Origin: Eledone cirrhosa
Lineage: Eukaryota
Direction of reading: 5' to 3'
Length of the DNA: 64,000 nt
Assembly (NCBI GenBank): GCA_964016885.1
Contig: OZ024744.1
Coordinates: 93,372,001 to 93,436,000, forward strand
Position 1 is the first letter of the stretch; each line of letters starts with the position of its first letter. A program made the translations under genes and the position numbers. This document shows positions 10,546-23,353 of the stretch, piece by piece. A model generated the notes under the pieces. It was given only the letters and a program-made list of their open reading frames with translations, did not search any database and had not been told where the DNA came from.

Positions 10546-11371
10546 GCTTACCAGTGATGGCTTCGGCATCACTGGTAAATCTTTAATGTCAGTTTTTTTT
10601 TTATTTAGTCTAAAAATAATATTTTTTAATCCTATGATTTAATAAACTGGGAGCTTTTGCAGCTAATGCTAGTCTGATTTTTATGAATGATTATGCATAA
10701 AACATAGACACAAACACTAACTCACACATACATATGCCCATACACACACACAGACCCATATATGTATGTATACAAAGAGTAAACAGTAATAACAGAGCAA
10801 ACACAGAACAATGTAGATATATATATTAATTTAATGTTTGATAGAGTAATAAAAGAGTCTTAATGTTTGCTCCACTGCATATATATATATATACACTGCA
10901 TGTATATATATATATATATATACGGGATAACAAGTTATCGTTTTAGGCAATCCACTTAGAGGTAGTCCAGTTAGAGTACTCTGTGTTGTGGATGGTTTTA
11001 ACGTATGGCTTAGTTTGACTCAACAAGACGCTTCCATAGTGATGCAGCAAGTTCACGGTGATTTCTAAATAGGTTATACTTGGAATAATAATAATTCAAG
11101 AGATAAGAGTAACATGGTAGTCTGTACAATAAGGGCTTTATTCACAGTGCTGACAATTGTTTCTTTGATCTGGTAGGTCTAGAGTTCGCTAATCGCTTGA
11201 TGTTGCGTCAATCGATCTCCAATACTTTGTTTATAACCAGTTAATTCATCAGAGCGAGCGAATGTGAGGATAATATACAAGGCATGGCTTTTATAGGGGA
11301 GTGACAAGACAACCACAATCTTGCCTCAAGTGGGAAAACTCCGGTCCAAACCCATGCAAGCGTGGAAGATG

Positions 11372-11953
11372 TTTTTTTTGTTAGAGGTGCCTACTGACTG
11401 TAGGTTTCGCTTTGTACTTAGGCAAGGCGGGTCTTCAGTATTACTGTGTAGCGCCAAAGATTTCGGTCCAGTGACATTGTCTTGGAGAGGTGTAAGTGTG
11501 TGAGGTCGGAATTTATCAAGTCGTCCCAGGTTTTTCTGGGTCTGCCTACTCCGTGGCTACCATCTATTTTTATCGCCCTGCACTTTTTTATACAGCTGTC
11601 GTCTTTCATGCGCATCACGTGACCATACCAACATAGTCTTCTCTAGAGTAAACAGCATCTGATCCCTCTTATTCCTAATTTCTCCCTCAGTTCATTTATG
11701 CTTTGCCGTTCACGTATATTATTATTACACACCCAACGGAGTGTGCAAGCTTCGTTCCTCTCCAGTCTGCGTAGATGCTCTGCACACAATGCCCAGGTCT
11801 CACTGCCATGTAACATTGCTGTTCGTATGCAGGCATCATACAGCCTGCCTTTCATTTTTAGAGAGAGCCCTTTAGCGGCCAACAGTGGTATAAGCTCTCT
11901 GAACTTTTTCCATCCCGTTCTGACTCTAGCTACTGTACTTTCAGAGCAGCCTC
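11372..11953 (-). mobile_element. 3' fragment of a second RTE-clade LINE family
   Basis: GWKKFREL, KGRLYDACIRTAMLHGSETW, LCWYGHVMRM and GRPRKTWDD..DRNLWR are typical of the RTE-clade post-RT region. Same family as 17679-17840. Confidence 0.85.
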
Positions 11954-12026
11954 CGTATATATATTTATATATATAAAATCAGGGAAAAGCGAATGTAAAA
12001 TGACGATAATGATATATATATATATA

Positions 12027-12350
12027 CTAGCAGAATGGCCCGGCGTTACTCGGGATTTGCTCTAGGGTTCTTATATATTTGATATATATTTATCCTTATT
12101 GAGCCCCGTGAAATAAATACGTTTATTTATATTTTGTTATTGTGTATGCAAAAATATTTGTACACGAATATATAATTATATATATATATATATATCTAAA
12201 ACAGAGAATGTCTGTCTGTCAGCTCACTAAAACTTGAGAACCACCCAACCGATTGTTTTCAAACTTTACACATGTAATACGTATGGTCCTGTGAGTGTTT
12301 TGAGCAAAAGATATTTCAAATTTTCAATGCCCTAGGGACCGCATTAGGCG
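12027..12350. mobile_element. Non-autonomous Helitron-like remnants
   Basis: actagcagaatggcccggcgttactcggg is a reverse-complement CTAG end with a small cccg/cggg hairpin. Nearby is a tc-tatata..tgtctgtctgtc-type start at about 12190. Confidence 0.45.
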
Positions 12351-12779
12351 ATTTAGCGATCTCTCTCTATAATTCTTAATCTTTCTTTTTAGATAGATAC
12401 ATAGATATAACGTTGCGCCCTTATAATATCTGTCTGTATGTCTGGCTGTCTGCATTACGACATTATGACGCGATCAGTGTGTGTGTATATATGTATCGTA
12501 ATGCAGACAGCAAGATATATAGCTTTCCTTCCCCTCTTCCAGCGTCTCTCTCTCCCTCTCCCGCTATCCCCCTCTTTTAGTCTGTCTGTTTCTTTCACTC
12601 TCACTCTTTCTCTTTATAACTCACTCACGTTAATACTAAAAGGTTAAGGTATTGTTCTCAAAATAAATAATATTAAATCTATGAGATTTTTATGGGGGGG
12701 GGGGGGGATGAGAGGAGGAGAGATGGGTGATAGAGCGAAAGAGATAGCCTTTACAACTGAGAAAAAATATATATTGTCT

Positions 12780-14622
12780 CACAGAGAGAAGTTAAAAAGC
12801 CGTTGGAAGATAATAGATAATTTAAAAGAATTTGAAATTAAAAGTTAATGAGGTTTATGCATGAAGAAAAAGGAATTAAGAATAGTATTAAATTTAAGGT
12901 TTGTATATTGAAGGGTTTAATAATATGTGCGAGGAAAAGAATTTATCAATATGTATTATTAAAATAAAAATATTAATGTTATTAAGGATATAATGTGAAA
13001 AGAAGGAGAAGAATGAATGAGTTATGAATTTAGAGGAATTAGTTAGGGTTTAAGTTTGTTTTGATGTAATGTAATATGTGTACGTAATATATGTACGTAA
13101 ATAGTTTGTTTAAAAATGAGTGCTGAAGGAAAAGAAGAAAAGAATGTTTAAGGAAGAAAATATCTAACATCAAAAAGTATATATGTTTACGAAATATTTT
13201 CTAATGGTAATAATATAATATATTAAAAGAAATTAGTTTGTTTTTATGTATTATAATATGTAAAAGTCAAACGAGCATGAAAGGATGGAGGAGATAAGAA
13301 AAATTTAAGGAAGAAAAAAATCTAACGTCAAAAAATTATGTGTTTACGAAGGACTTCTAATGGTAATACTATAATGTATTAAAAAAAATAATTTTTATGG
13401 CCAATGATATGAGGAAAGATGGAAGAATGGATAATGTTGTGGTGAGTAATAATAAGAATTGAGAAGTAGTTAGGAAGAAAAGTACAGATTAGAGGTTAGA
13501 AATTAAAAAGAAAAAAGGAAGAATGGAAAATGATAAAGAGGAATGATATAGAATGAGTAAATTGTATTATATAATATATAATAAATAATATTGAAATAAA
13601 GTAGAAAGATGGGTATATTTGTAAAAGATATATAAGCCTTTGAGAAAAAGGATTTTAAACTAGTAAGGTATTAGATATTAGCTGTATACTTTATGGAATG
13701 TTCTGTGGAATTTATGCAAGCAGAGAGAAAATAAATCCGTGCGTCTATTTATTATAGAATTGAAGTTAGCTATAATGGTAAATTTCTCGGCTAGGCAGAG
13801 ATTACATGTTCTGGATAGGGAAGAATTCAAGTAGGGAAAGGCAGAACAAACCTTCCTCCAAGAGATGTTATAGTTAATATTTTTGTCTTTCAAGGACCAT
13901 ATGAGTTCTGAGAGTGCTGTGTTAGTTCCTTTAAGTTGGTATCTAAAAGACGAATTGTGATTATAAAATCTAGCTTTGAAGAAGGTGGAGGTGGAACCGA
14001 AATAGGTAAAGGAATTGGTATCAGTTATAACCTTATATTCATAGACTAAGTTTTTATCAAGATAATGGTTATTAAGAGGACATTTAGTTCTAATAGGGCA
14101 ATTACAGTTACGATTAGAGAAATTAACAGAGTTATTAACAAATGATCTAATGTTATTTATAGGAGGAATTGGATTGGAGAAGTTATTTACGATAGGAATA
14201 ATAGTTTCCTGATTTAGATTGGTATTATGAACATTCAACGAAGTTACGTTTGACGTCGTATTTAAGTTTACAGAATCTAGCCTAGAGTTAACAATGACGT
14301 CGGGAGTACTACTGCTATTATTATGACACTCAGTGTTGGGAGGATGTGATTTATTATTTAATATTTTGTTGTTGTGTTTAGAGATAATGTTAGAGATGTT
14401 GGAAGAGGTGGAATAAGAAAATTTTATTGTATGTTTGTTAAAGATTTTACTATAGATATGTGAGGGAGGGAAGCATTTATCTAAGGCCCTAAAGAATAGT
14501 TTAGGAATATTATTATTAATAGAAATAGAGAAAGGAGCATTATACCAGATTATATTTTTGTATCTAGGTCTTTTATTTAAGTTATTGGAATGTTCATAAT
14601 TAATTATTTTACTGTAAGACAT
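12780..14622 (-). mobile_element. 5'-truncated Penelope-like element (Naiad-type GIY-YIG part plus AT-rich 3' region)
   Basis: ORF 13678-14622 contains IIWYNAPF, KIFNKHTIKFSYS, CNCPIRTKCPL, YFGST..FKARFYNH, CNLCLAEK and INRRTDL..CLH. The left boundary is approximate. Confidence 0.85.
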
Positions 14623-14838
14623 TCAAGGATTGGTTTCTTTACTGTATTTAATTTTATCAGGATAAAATATCATCCCATGATGATATTTGTTTTTGAAATG
14701 CGCATAATAAAATACTTGGAACTCTTTTAACCATCTTTTGATCTTATATATTATTTATACTCCAGTCCTACAAACTGTAGAGTGCTACTTATCCGATATT
14801 TGCATTGCTTTATTGTGCTACAATAAAACTCACCTCCT

Positions 14839-14883
<45 letters not shown>

Positions 14884-16890
14884 AAATACTTGGTTTGGTG
14901 CCCGAGTGTGTCTTTAGTCAACCGAGAGTGTTAGGACATAATTCTAGGAGAAGGAAAACTCTGATGTAAAACCTGTAATTCGATGGCAGCCAATGATGTT
15001 GACCAGTTCTTGGATACCTGTTATCATTGTTCAGAGAGTAAGATCAGTCCAGTGCAAGGCCTTTCTTCACTTAAAAAAGCTTCAAGCACAAGCATGACAT
15101 GATCTAAACATCTTTCACGTGTGTTGCATGAGTATGATTGACTATAGCCAAAAAAGGTAAAACACTTAAAACGATGAACTCAAACAATGATGTAATAAGG
15201 GCTCTGGAACAAGAAGTAAAAGGGTCTGGCTCAGCAGGTGTCCCAGGGCACTGCAGTGTGGGCCCAGTCATCATCTGGTTACTGCAAAAAAATTAAAACC
15301 CAAACCAGACCTTTTTAATGTTGGTTGCTGGAATCTACAGACATTGTTAGACCATGAACCTACTTCATCTTGTTCTGAATTGTCCTGAAAAAAGGTCAAC
15401 ACTTGTGGCAAAAGAACTTCAACGTTATAATATGGATGTTGTAGCTTTGTCTGAAACTAGGTTTGTTGAAGATGGTCATTTTCAGGAACTGTCTGGTGGA
15501 TATACTTTTTATTGTAGTGGACGCTCAGATGGATGTAAGAGAGAGGCTGGAGTGGTATTTGCTATTTAAAATACAATAGTTTCTGGACTAGAGGAATTTC
15601 CCCATGGCTTCTCTGATCAGCTCATTTCTATGAGGCTCCCACTATCCAAAAATAAGTATGTTACATTTGTGAGCATATATGTTCCAACTATGTGCACTAT
15701 GGAGGATGAAAAGCTTGCATTTTATCTTTCCTTAAAGGAACTTATTCAGAAGATCCCCTGATTTGATAAAATTCTCATACTTCGGGATTTTAATGCTAGA
15801 GCTGGAAATGACGACAGAACGTGGGATGTGATTGATAAACATGGGATTAGAAAATGTAATAGCAATGGCTTGTTTCTTTTGCAAATGTGCCAGGAGCTAA
15901 GTCTTTGTATGCCTTACACTTTCTTCCAGCACAAAACAGCCTGGATGCATCCAGGTTCAAAGCAGTGGCACATGATAGATTTTATTCTTGTGTGTAGGTG
16001 GGATTTTCAAGATATCAGTGATGTCTGTGTGTTGCAAGGAGCTGGGTGCTGGACAGACCATCGTTTTGTTCGCATTAAGGTAAAATTTGAAGATAAGCCG
16101 AAAATATGAATAAATTGTGTTGTTGTTCTAAAGAAGTTAAACATTACTCTGATTAAAAATACTTCAATAAAGGATGAGCTGGTGAGAAAGTTAGACAAGA
16201 TTCACTGGGAGAGCTATAAATGGTGCAGGTAGTGTTGTGGTAGTAGTGGGGGTGTTGGTGTTGTTGGTGTGGTGGAAGAGGTGGTTGTAGTAGTGTTGAT
16301 GGGGGTGGTGTGATTGGCGGTGATGGGAGTGGTGTTGTGATAATGGTGGTGTTTGTGTGGTAGTAGTGGTGGTCGCAGCGTTGTAGTAGTGGGCGTAGGG
16401 GCATTGTTGTAGTGATGGTTGTGTAGCGGTTGTCTCCCTTGTTTTGATTAGGATCTAGACGGGAAGTGGAACCCTTTCTGCAACTTCCGGTCAGAGCTCT
16501 ATAAAACTAACAACTTTAAGCTACTTAATGAAAACAAGACAGCAATGATGAGAGTGCTTACAGGAGGGTAAGGAGCTGGAAGGTGTGAAATGTTGTTGAA
16601 GGAGGCAAAGGCTAACTTAGAGAGCAAGCTCTGTAGCATGCGAGATGTATGGTGGAGAAGTAAAGTGAAGGAATTCAAGCTGCAGCTGATGCCAACAATA
16701 TAAAACTATTTTACAGCTCTTTATAAGAAGTCTATGGTTCTTTATCTTCCCCAGTTGCACCTCTAAAATCTCAACATAGCAACAAATTGTTTAGAGACCC
16801 AAAGGACATCTTTTGGAGAGGAAGGAACACTTCAATAAACTTTTGAATAGGCCGTCTCAGATCAATGGGGAGTTTATTGACTTAATTTCT
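14884..16890 (+). mobile_element. Degenerate RTE LINE 5' half (5' UTR + APE endonuclease), related to the 36.6-40.2 kb element
   Basis: ctaggagaaggaaaactctga head, then GCWNL.TLL, DVVALSETR, DFNAR, KCNSNG, WMHPGSKQWH and WTDHRFV with many stops. Interrupted at about 16221-16505. Confidence 0.85.
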
Positions 16891-16954
16891 AGTTGATTGA
16901 AGATTGCTAATGGCAGCTTCATTTTCAACCTTAAACTTTCAACTACTGATTATG

Positions 16955-19900
16955 GTAATGAATACAGCCACACAATCTCGACTTACTGACACACACACAC
17001 TCAATTCATTTGTTACTAGTCACAAACTTTATAGCAATGAATACAGCTACACAATCTCGACTTACTGACACACACACACGCAATTCATTTGCTACTAGTC
17101 ACAAACTTTATAGCAATGAATACAGCTACACAATCTTGTCTTACTGACACACACTCTCAATTCATTTGTTGCTAGTCACAAACTTTATAGCAATGAATAC
17201 AGCTACACAATCTCGACTTACTGACACACACACTCAATTCATTTGTTACTAGTCACAAACTTTATAGCAATGAATACAGCTACACAATCTTGACTTACTG
17301 ACACACACACACTCAATTCATTTGTCACTAGTCACAAACTTTATAGCAATGAATACAGCTACACAATCTTGACTTACTGACACACACACTCAATTCACTT
17401 GTTACTAGTCACAAACTTTATAGCAATGAATACAGCTACACAATCTTGACTTACTGACACACACACTCAATTCATTTGTCACTAGTCACAAACTTTATAG
17501 CAATGAATACAGCTACACAATCTTGACTTACTGACACACACACACTCAATTCATTTGCTACTAGTCACAAACTTTATAGCAATGAATACAGCTACACAAT
17601 CTCGACTTACTGGGACACACACTCAATTCATTTGTTACTAGTCACAAACTTTATAGCAATGAATACAGCTACACAATCAGAAAAATCTGGGACGACTTGA
17701 TAAATTCCGACCTCGCACACTTACACCTCTCCAAGACAATGTCACTGGACCGAGATCTTTGGCGCTACACAGTTATACAAAAGACCCGCCTTGCCTAAGT
17801 ACAAAGCGAAACCTACAGTCAGTAGGCACCTCTAACAAAATACACCCCCGTCCCACTACCCCCACCCCATCCACACCACCCCCTTAAATGTGAAGTTATG
17901 TTGGTACCACAACATCCAGTCTGAAACAAATGAGGTCGTGTAGGTGTCACGAAAAAAAAACACACAGTCCACACTGTAATGTGGCCGTGTAGCTAACACG
18001 GTAAAAACCTCCCAGTACACACTGTAAACGTTGTTGGTGTTGGGAAGGGCACCCAGCCGTAGAAAACCCGCCAGACGTGTGTCACGACAATAAAACACAC
18101 AGTCCATGCTGTAATGTGGCCGTGTAGGTAACACGGTAAAAACCTCCCAGTTCACACTGTAAACGTGGTTGGTGTTAGGAAGGGTATCCAGCCGTAGAAA
18201 ACCCACCAGACAGTCCTGAGCAAGACAACCAATCTTGCCTCAAGTGGGACAATTCCCGTCCAGACCCATGCTAGCGTGGAAAATGGACGTTAAACGATGA
18301 TGATGATGATGATGATGAATCTCGACTTACTGACACACACACACTCAATTCATTTGCTACTAGTCACAAACTTTATAGCAATGAATACAGCTACACAATC
18401 TCGACTTACTGACACACACACTCAATTCATTTGTTGCTAGTCACAAACTTTATAGCAATGAAAACAGCTACACAATCTCGACTTACTGACACACACACTC
18501 AATTCATTTGCTACTAGTCACAAACTTTATAGCAATGAATACAGCTACACAATCTCGACTTACTGACACACACACTCAATTCATTTGTTACTAGTCACAC
18601 ACTTTATCGCAATGAATACAGCTACACAATCTCGACTTACTGACACACGCACACTCAATTCATTTGTTACTAGTCACAAACTTTATAGCAATAAATACAG
18701 CTACACAATCTTGACTTACTGCCACACACACACTCAATTCATTGGCTACTAGTCACAAACTTTATAGCAATGAATACAGCTACACAATCTCGACTTACTG
18801 AGACACACAAACTCAATTCATTTGTTACTAGTCACAAACTTTATAGCAATGAATACAGCTACACAATCTCGACTTACTGACACACACACACTCAATTCAT
18901 TTGTTACTAGTCACACACTTTATAGCAATGAATACAGCTACACAATCTTGACTTACTGACACACACACTCAATTCATTTGTTACTAGTCACACACTTTAT
19001 AGCAATGAATACAGCTACACAATCTTGACTTACTGACACACACACACTCAATTCATTTGTTACTAGTCACAAACTTTATAGCAATGAATACAGCTACACA
19101 ATCTCGACTTACTGACACACGCACACTCAATTCATTGGCTACTAGTCACAAACTTTATAGCAATGAATACAGCTACACAATCTCGACTTACTGACACACA
19201 CACACCCAATTCATTGGCTACTAGTCACAAACTTTATAGCAATAAATACAGCTACACAATCTTGACTTACTGCCACACACACACTCAATTCATTGGCTAC
19301 TAGTCACAAACTTTATAGCAATGAATACAGCTACACAATCTCGACTTACTGACACACACACACCCAATTCATTGGCTACTAGTCACAAACTTTATAGCAA
19401 TAAATACAGCTACACAATCTTGACTTACTGCCACACACACACTCAATTCATTGGCTACTAGTCACAAACTTTATAGCAATGAATACAGCTACACAATCTC
19501 GACTTACTGAGACACACAAACTCAATTCATTTGTTACTAGTCACAAACTTTATAGCAATGAATACAGCTACACAATCTCGACTTACTGACACACACACAC
19601 TCAATTCATTTGTTACTAGTCACACACTTTATAGCAATGAATACAGCTACACAATCTTGACTTACTGACACACACACTCAATTCATTTGTTACTAGTCAC
19701 ACACTTTATAGCAATGAATACAGCTACACAATCTTGACTTACTGACACACACACACTCAATTCATTTGTTACTAGTCACAAACTTTATAGCAATGAATAC
19801 AGCTACACAATCTCGACTTACTGACACACGCACACTCAATTCATTGGCTACTAGTCACAAACTTTATAGCAATGAATACAGCTACACAATCTCGACTTAC

Positions 19901-20177
19901 TGACACACGCACACTCAATTCATTGGCTACTAGTCACAAACTTTATAGCAATGAATACAGCTACACAATCTCGACTTACTGACACACACACACTCAATTC
20001 ATTTGTTACTAGTCACAAACTTTATAGCAATAAATACAGCTACACAATCTTGACTTACTGAGACACACACACTCAATTCATTTGTTACTAGTCACAAACT
20101 TTATAGCAATAAATACAGCTACACAATCTTGTCTTACTGACACACACACACACTCTATTTATTTGTCACTAGTCACT
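16955..20177. repeat. 77-79 bp tandem minisatellite (~33 units) interrupted by a LINE insertion
   Basis: Unit is actttatagcaatgaatacagctacacaatctcgacttactga(ca)nctcaattcatttgttactagtcacaa. Length varies with the (CA)n copy number. Confidence 0.95.
17679..18317 (+). mobile_element. 5'-truncated RTE-clade LINE 3' end with (GAT)n tail inserted in the minisatellite
   Basis: Starts with RKIWDDLINSDL (homologous to 11418-11540), followed by a 3' UTR with internal repeats and a (gat)n tail. The satellite resumes in register, with aatc on both sides. Confidence 0.88.
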
Positions 20178-20564
20178 AACATTCACACAGTCCTTATATG
20201 GGAGAGAACAACTCATGGTATCACCTGTCAAGCCCACAATTACTATGTCAAATCCTGTCAGACTACACTGGACAACTGACCGACTAAGTATCACCTATTA
20301 CACACATCTGGTCACCACACTAACAAAATCAGTAATATAAAAGTACTTCTGATTGCAACAATCAATCATCTTAACTGTTGCTTCACAGACATGTGTGTGT
20401 GTGTGTGTGTGTAACTGTGTGCATTCAGGTCAGGAATAGTTACACCATATACCTGCATATATGTCTAGGGTATGACATTAAACTGCATCCAGTGGTAAGA
20501 CTCCAGAGTTCGGGAGTTCAGGAGCTGTGAGGAATGTGGAGTTACCCCTTAGTTGGCCTGGAGC

Positions 20565-21093
20565 AGTAGTACCTGTTAGGGCCCCATTTATGGGTTGCAC
20601 CGGTAGGTATTATTAGACATTGAAGTAGTACCTGTTAGGGCCCCATTTATGGGTTGCACTGGTAGGTATTATTAGATATTGAAGTAGTACCTGTTAGGGC
20701 CCATTTATGGGTTGCACTGGTAAGGTATTATTAGATATTGTAGTAGTACCTGTTAGGGCCCATTTATGGGTTGCACTGGTAGGTATTATTAGATATTGAA
20801 GTAGTACCTGTTAGGGCCCATTTATGGGTTGCACCGGTAAGGTATTATTAGACATTGTAGTAGAACCTGTTAGGGCCCATTTATGGGTTGCACCGGTAAG
20901 GTATTATTAGACATTGAAGTAGTACCTGTTAGGGCCCCATTTATGGGTTGCACCGGTAAGGTATTATTAGACATTGAAGTAGTACCTGTTAGGGCCCCAT
21001 TTATGGGTTGCACCGGTAAGGTATTATTAGACATTGAAGTAGTACCTGTTAGGGCCCCATTTATGGGTTGCACCGGTAGGTATTATTAGCCAT
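20565..21093. repeat. ~59-60 bp tandem repeat (~9 copies)
   Basis: Unit is agtagtacctgttagggccccatttatgggttgcaccggtaaggtattattagacattga. Confidence 0.93.
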
Positions 21094-21419
21094 TGAAAAG
21101 AAAAAGAATACTTGCATATCATAAGAGTTAACTAAAAGAATTGGTATGAGGAAGGGCATCCAGCTGTAAAACATTGCCTCAGAAAGTTCTATCCAGCCCA
21201 TGACAGCATGGAGAATTAAACATAAAAATGATGATTATGTGGATGATGAAAATACAAAGAGATTTTGATAAAACTGTGAAAAACACTGTTGAGTTTGACT
21301 TTAAAATTTAACTTGGTAGAAGCATTAACCCTTCCTATTCCAAATTACCTTAGGCTGTCTGGTTCTATGATAGAAAACTGTCAGTTCTAAAGTGTTTATA
21401 TTTATTTGAAAACCTTCCA

Positions 21420-21600
21420 AGGCTGTGAATTGACAGTCATTAGCATGTTAGATAGAATGCTTTATGGTATTCATTTCCAGCTCTCTGCTCTCTGAGTTCA
21501 AATCCTACCAAGATTAACTTTGCTTTTAATCCTTTCGAGGTTAATTAAAAAAGTACCAGTGAAGTACTTGGGTTGATTCTTCCTCTATATCTCCCTCTGT
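21420..21600 (+). mobile_element. Old tRNA-SINE copy (family of the 29.6-33.0 kb cluster)
   Basis: ctgagttcaaatcc...aactttgcttttaatcctttcgagg...aagtaccagt. Confidence 0.6.
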
Positions 21601-21833
21601 CACTTCCATTCTTTCACTTTCTATCTTTATCTGGAAGAAGTCTGTTGTATTCCAACATAGAGAGGAGACGGGCTCTGCCAGGTTTTTTTTTTAAATGCCC
21701 AAGAAACACTCTATGTCAATATGGCACCTCAACAACTCCCTCAGGAGTTATGGGACCATATCGTATGAAAAACCTTCCATCATGATTATATTTGATAGTA
21801 GAATGTTGTAGATTGCTTGAAGCATTGTGTATA

Positions 21834-22324
21834 CTAGCAGAAAAACCACCCTTCGGGTGGTTTTTCTGCTTGCATGTGTAGAGTACATATTGATATTATA
21901 CGCAAGTATATATGCATATAGATATGATACATCAAATAAAATCGTAATTGACAATATACACAGAAATTGAACGAAGACTGTGTTACACTATCTTATGTAA
22001 TCAGTAACGTAATCCATGATACATTAAAAAAAGACGATATTATATATAAACTATATAAACTGCATTAGGAGAAAATTAGTGACAGAAAATTAATATGTTT
22101 CTTTAAGCGGTCGCCACTGGAAGTGTTGACATTTGAAAATTTTAAAGAAGTGAATCTTAAAATAAGTAATAAAATATATTTAATGAACAGCCACAAAATT
22201 TAGTGAATAAATTATGTAATATTCATTCATTATTTATTCAAAGTAATCCAACTTATTTTACTAAGGGGATAAAAAATTATAAGCCGTACGCAGTCCCGCA
22301 CTTCTTACTTTATTATAGTTTAGA
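21834..22324 (-). mobile_element. Complete non-autonomous Helitron (~490 bp)
   Basis: The minus strand reads A|TCtaaactataataaag ... hairpin ... CTAG|T. It has TC and CTAG termini, an AT target, no TSD, and a perfect 16 bp stem at 21836-21870. Confidence 0.75.
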
Positions 22325-22422
22325 TTATATAATGTAGAAAATGGTATGTTTAAGAATCCTAAGACAGTGCAAAATGGACAGTAAAATGAAGGCAACGAAA
22401 AAGTCTGTTACCTAGTATTTCT

Positions 22423-22915
22423 CTTCTTCATCTTCTTCTTCTTCTTCTTCTTCTTCTTCTTCTTCTTCTTCTTCTTCTTCTTCTTCTTCTTCTTCTTCTT
22501 CTTCTCCTCCTCCTCCTCCTCCTTCTTCTTCTTCTTCTTCTTCTTCTTCTTCTTCTTCTTCTTCTTCTTCTTCTTCTTCTTCTTCTTCTTCTTCTTCTTC
22601 TTCTTCTTCTTCTTCTTCTTCTTCTTCTTCTTCTTCAAAGGGTCATGGGAGCAGAGTCCTGAAACACCTCTTCCAGCGGGTCCGGTTAAAAACAACCATC
22701 TCCAGTTGATCCAGATGGATCCCCAAGCCAGACCAGCTGAGCTCATGGATGTTATCCAACCATCTTGCTTGGAGTCTATCACTGGGTCTTCTGCCAGTTA
22801 GTTTTGCCTGTAAAATCTCTTCAGTGATTCTTTCCTAAGACATTCTAACCACATGCTCATAGTATTGGAGCTGTGATCTCTCAATTTGGAGCAGTAGCAG
22901 CTCTACCTGGAGTGA
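22423..22915 (-). mobile_element. Degraded RTE-like LINE 3' end with a long (GAA)n tail
   Basis: The minus strand gives RWLDNIHE..LGIH..NRTRWKR..LLP-like residues followed by (GAA)n at 22423-22636. Confidence 0.55.
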
Positions 22916-22987
22916 CTCCTTTTATTTTCTTTCATCTTAATTTCAAAGCGATAAGGCAGGAACATTTTGTTCTGAGAGTTCCCCATG

Positions 22988-23024
22988 CTCTGACGAAGGG
23001 ATTTTTAAGTCCTGAAATATTAGG
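22988..23024 (+). ncRNA. Minimal type I hammerhead-like motif with intact core
   Basis: CTGACGA (22990-96), stem II aggg/tcct, GAAA (23014-17), palindromic AATATT and a UA cleavage position. Stem I is only 2 bp. Confidence 0.5.
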
Positions 23025-23160
23025 ACAAAAGAAAAGAGATAATAATAATAAATACCAGGTAACAAAGTTAGTCAGTGCCTTCATTTTACTGTCCATTTCA
23101 CATTGTTTTAGCCCTCTTCTCTCTATATATCTACATTATATATTTGATAACTTTTCTTAA

Positions 23161-23353
23161 CCCTTTAGCATTTAAACTGGCTGTATCCAGCCAGAATTCT
23201 CTTACCTCTTTCTGCTCAAACCGGCTGTAACTGGCCAGTCATACCGGCATTAAGATATTGTTCTCAAAATAAATAATATCAAAATCTCAGAGATTCCATA
23301 TTATGTGTGGTATTATGTGAGATAAAGCCTTTACCATGAAAATACAATAGTAA
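23161..23353 (+). mobile_element. piggyBac-type MITE lacking the right TIR
   Basis: TTAA|ccctttagcatttaaac followed by a body matching 8741-8935. Confidence 0.8.

Noticed and set aside
11184-11262. Minus-strand hammerhead (ctgatga with tcgct/agcga stem)
   Set aside because: There is no GAAA and no valid stem III or cleavage-site geometry. At most it is a heavily decayed remnant.
21836-21870. Rho-independent terminator
   Set aside because: The context is eukaryotic and the hairpin is better explained as a Helitron 3' end.
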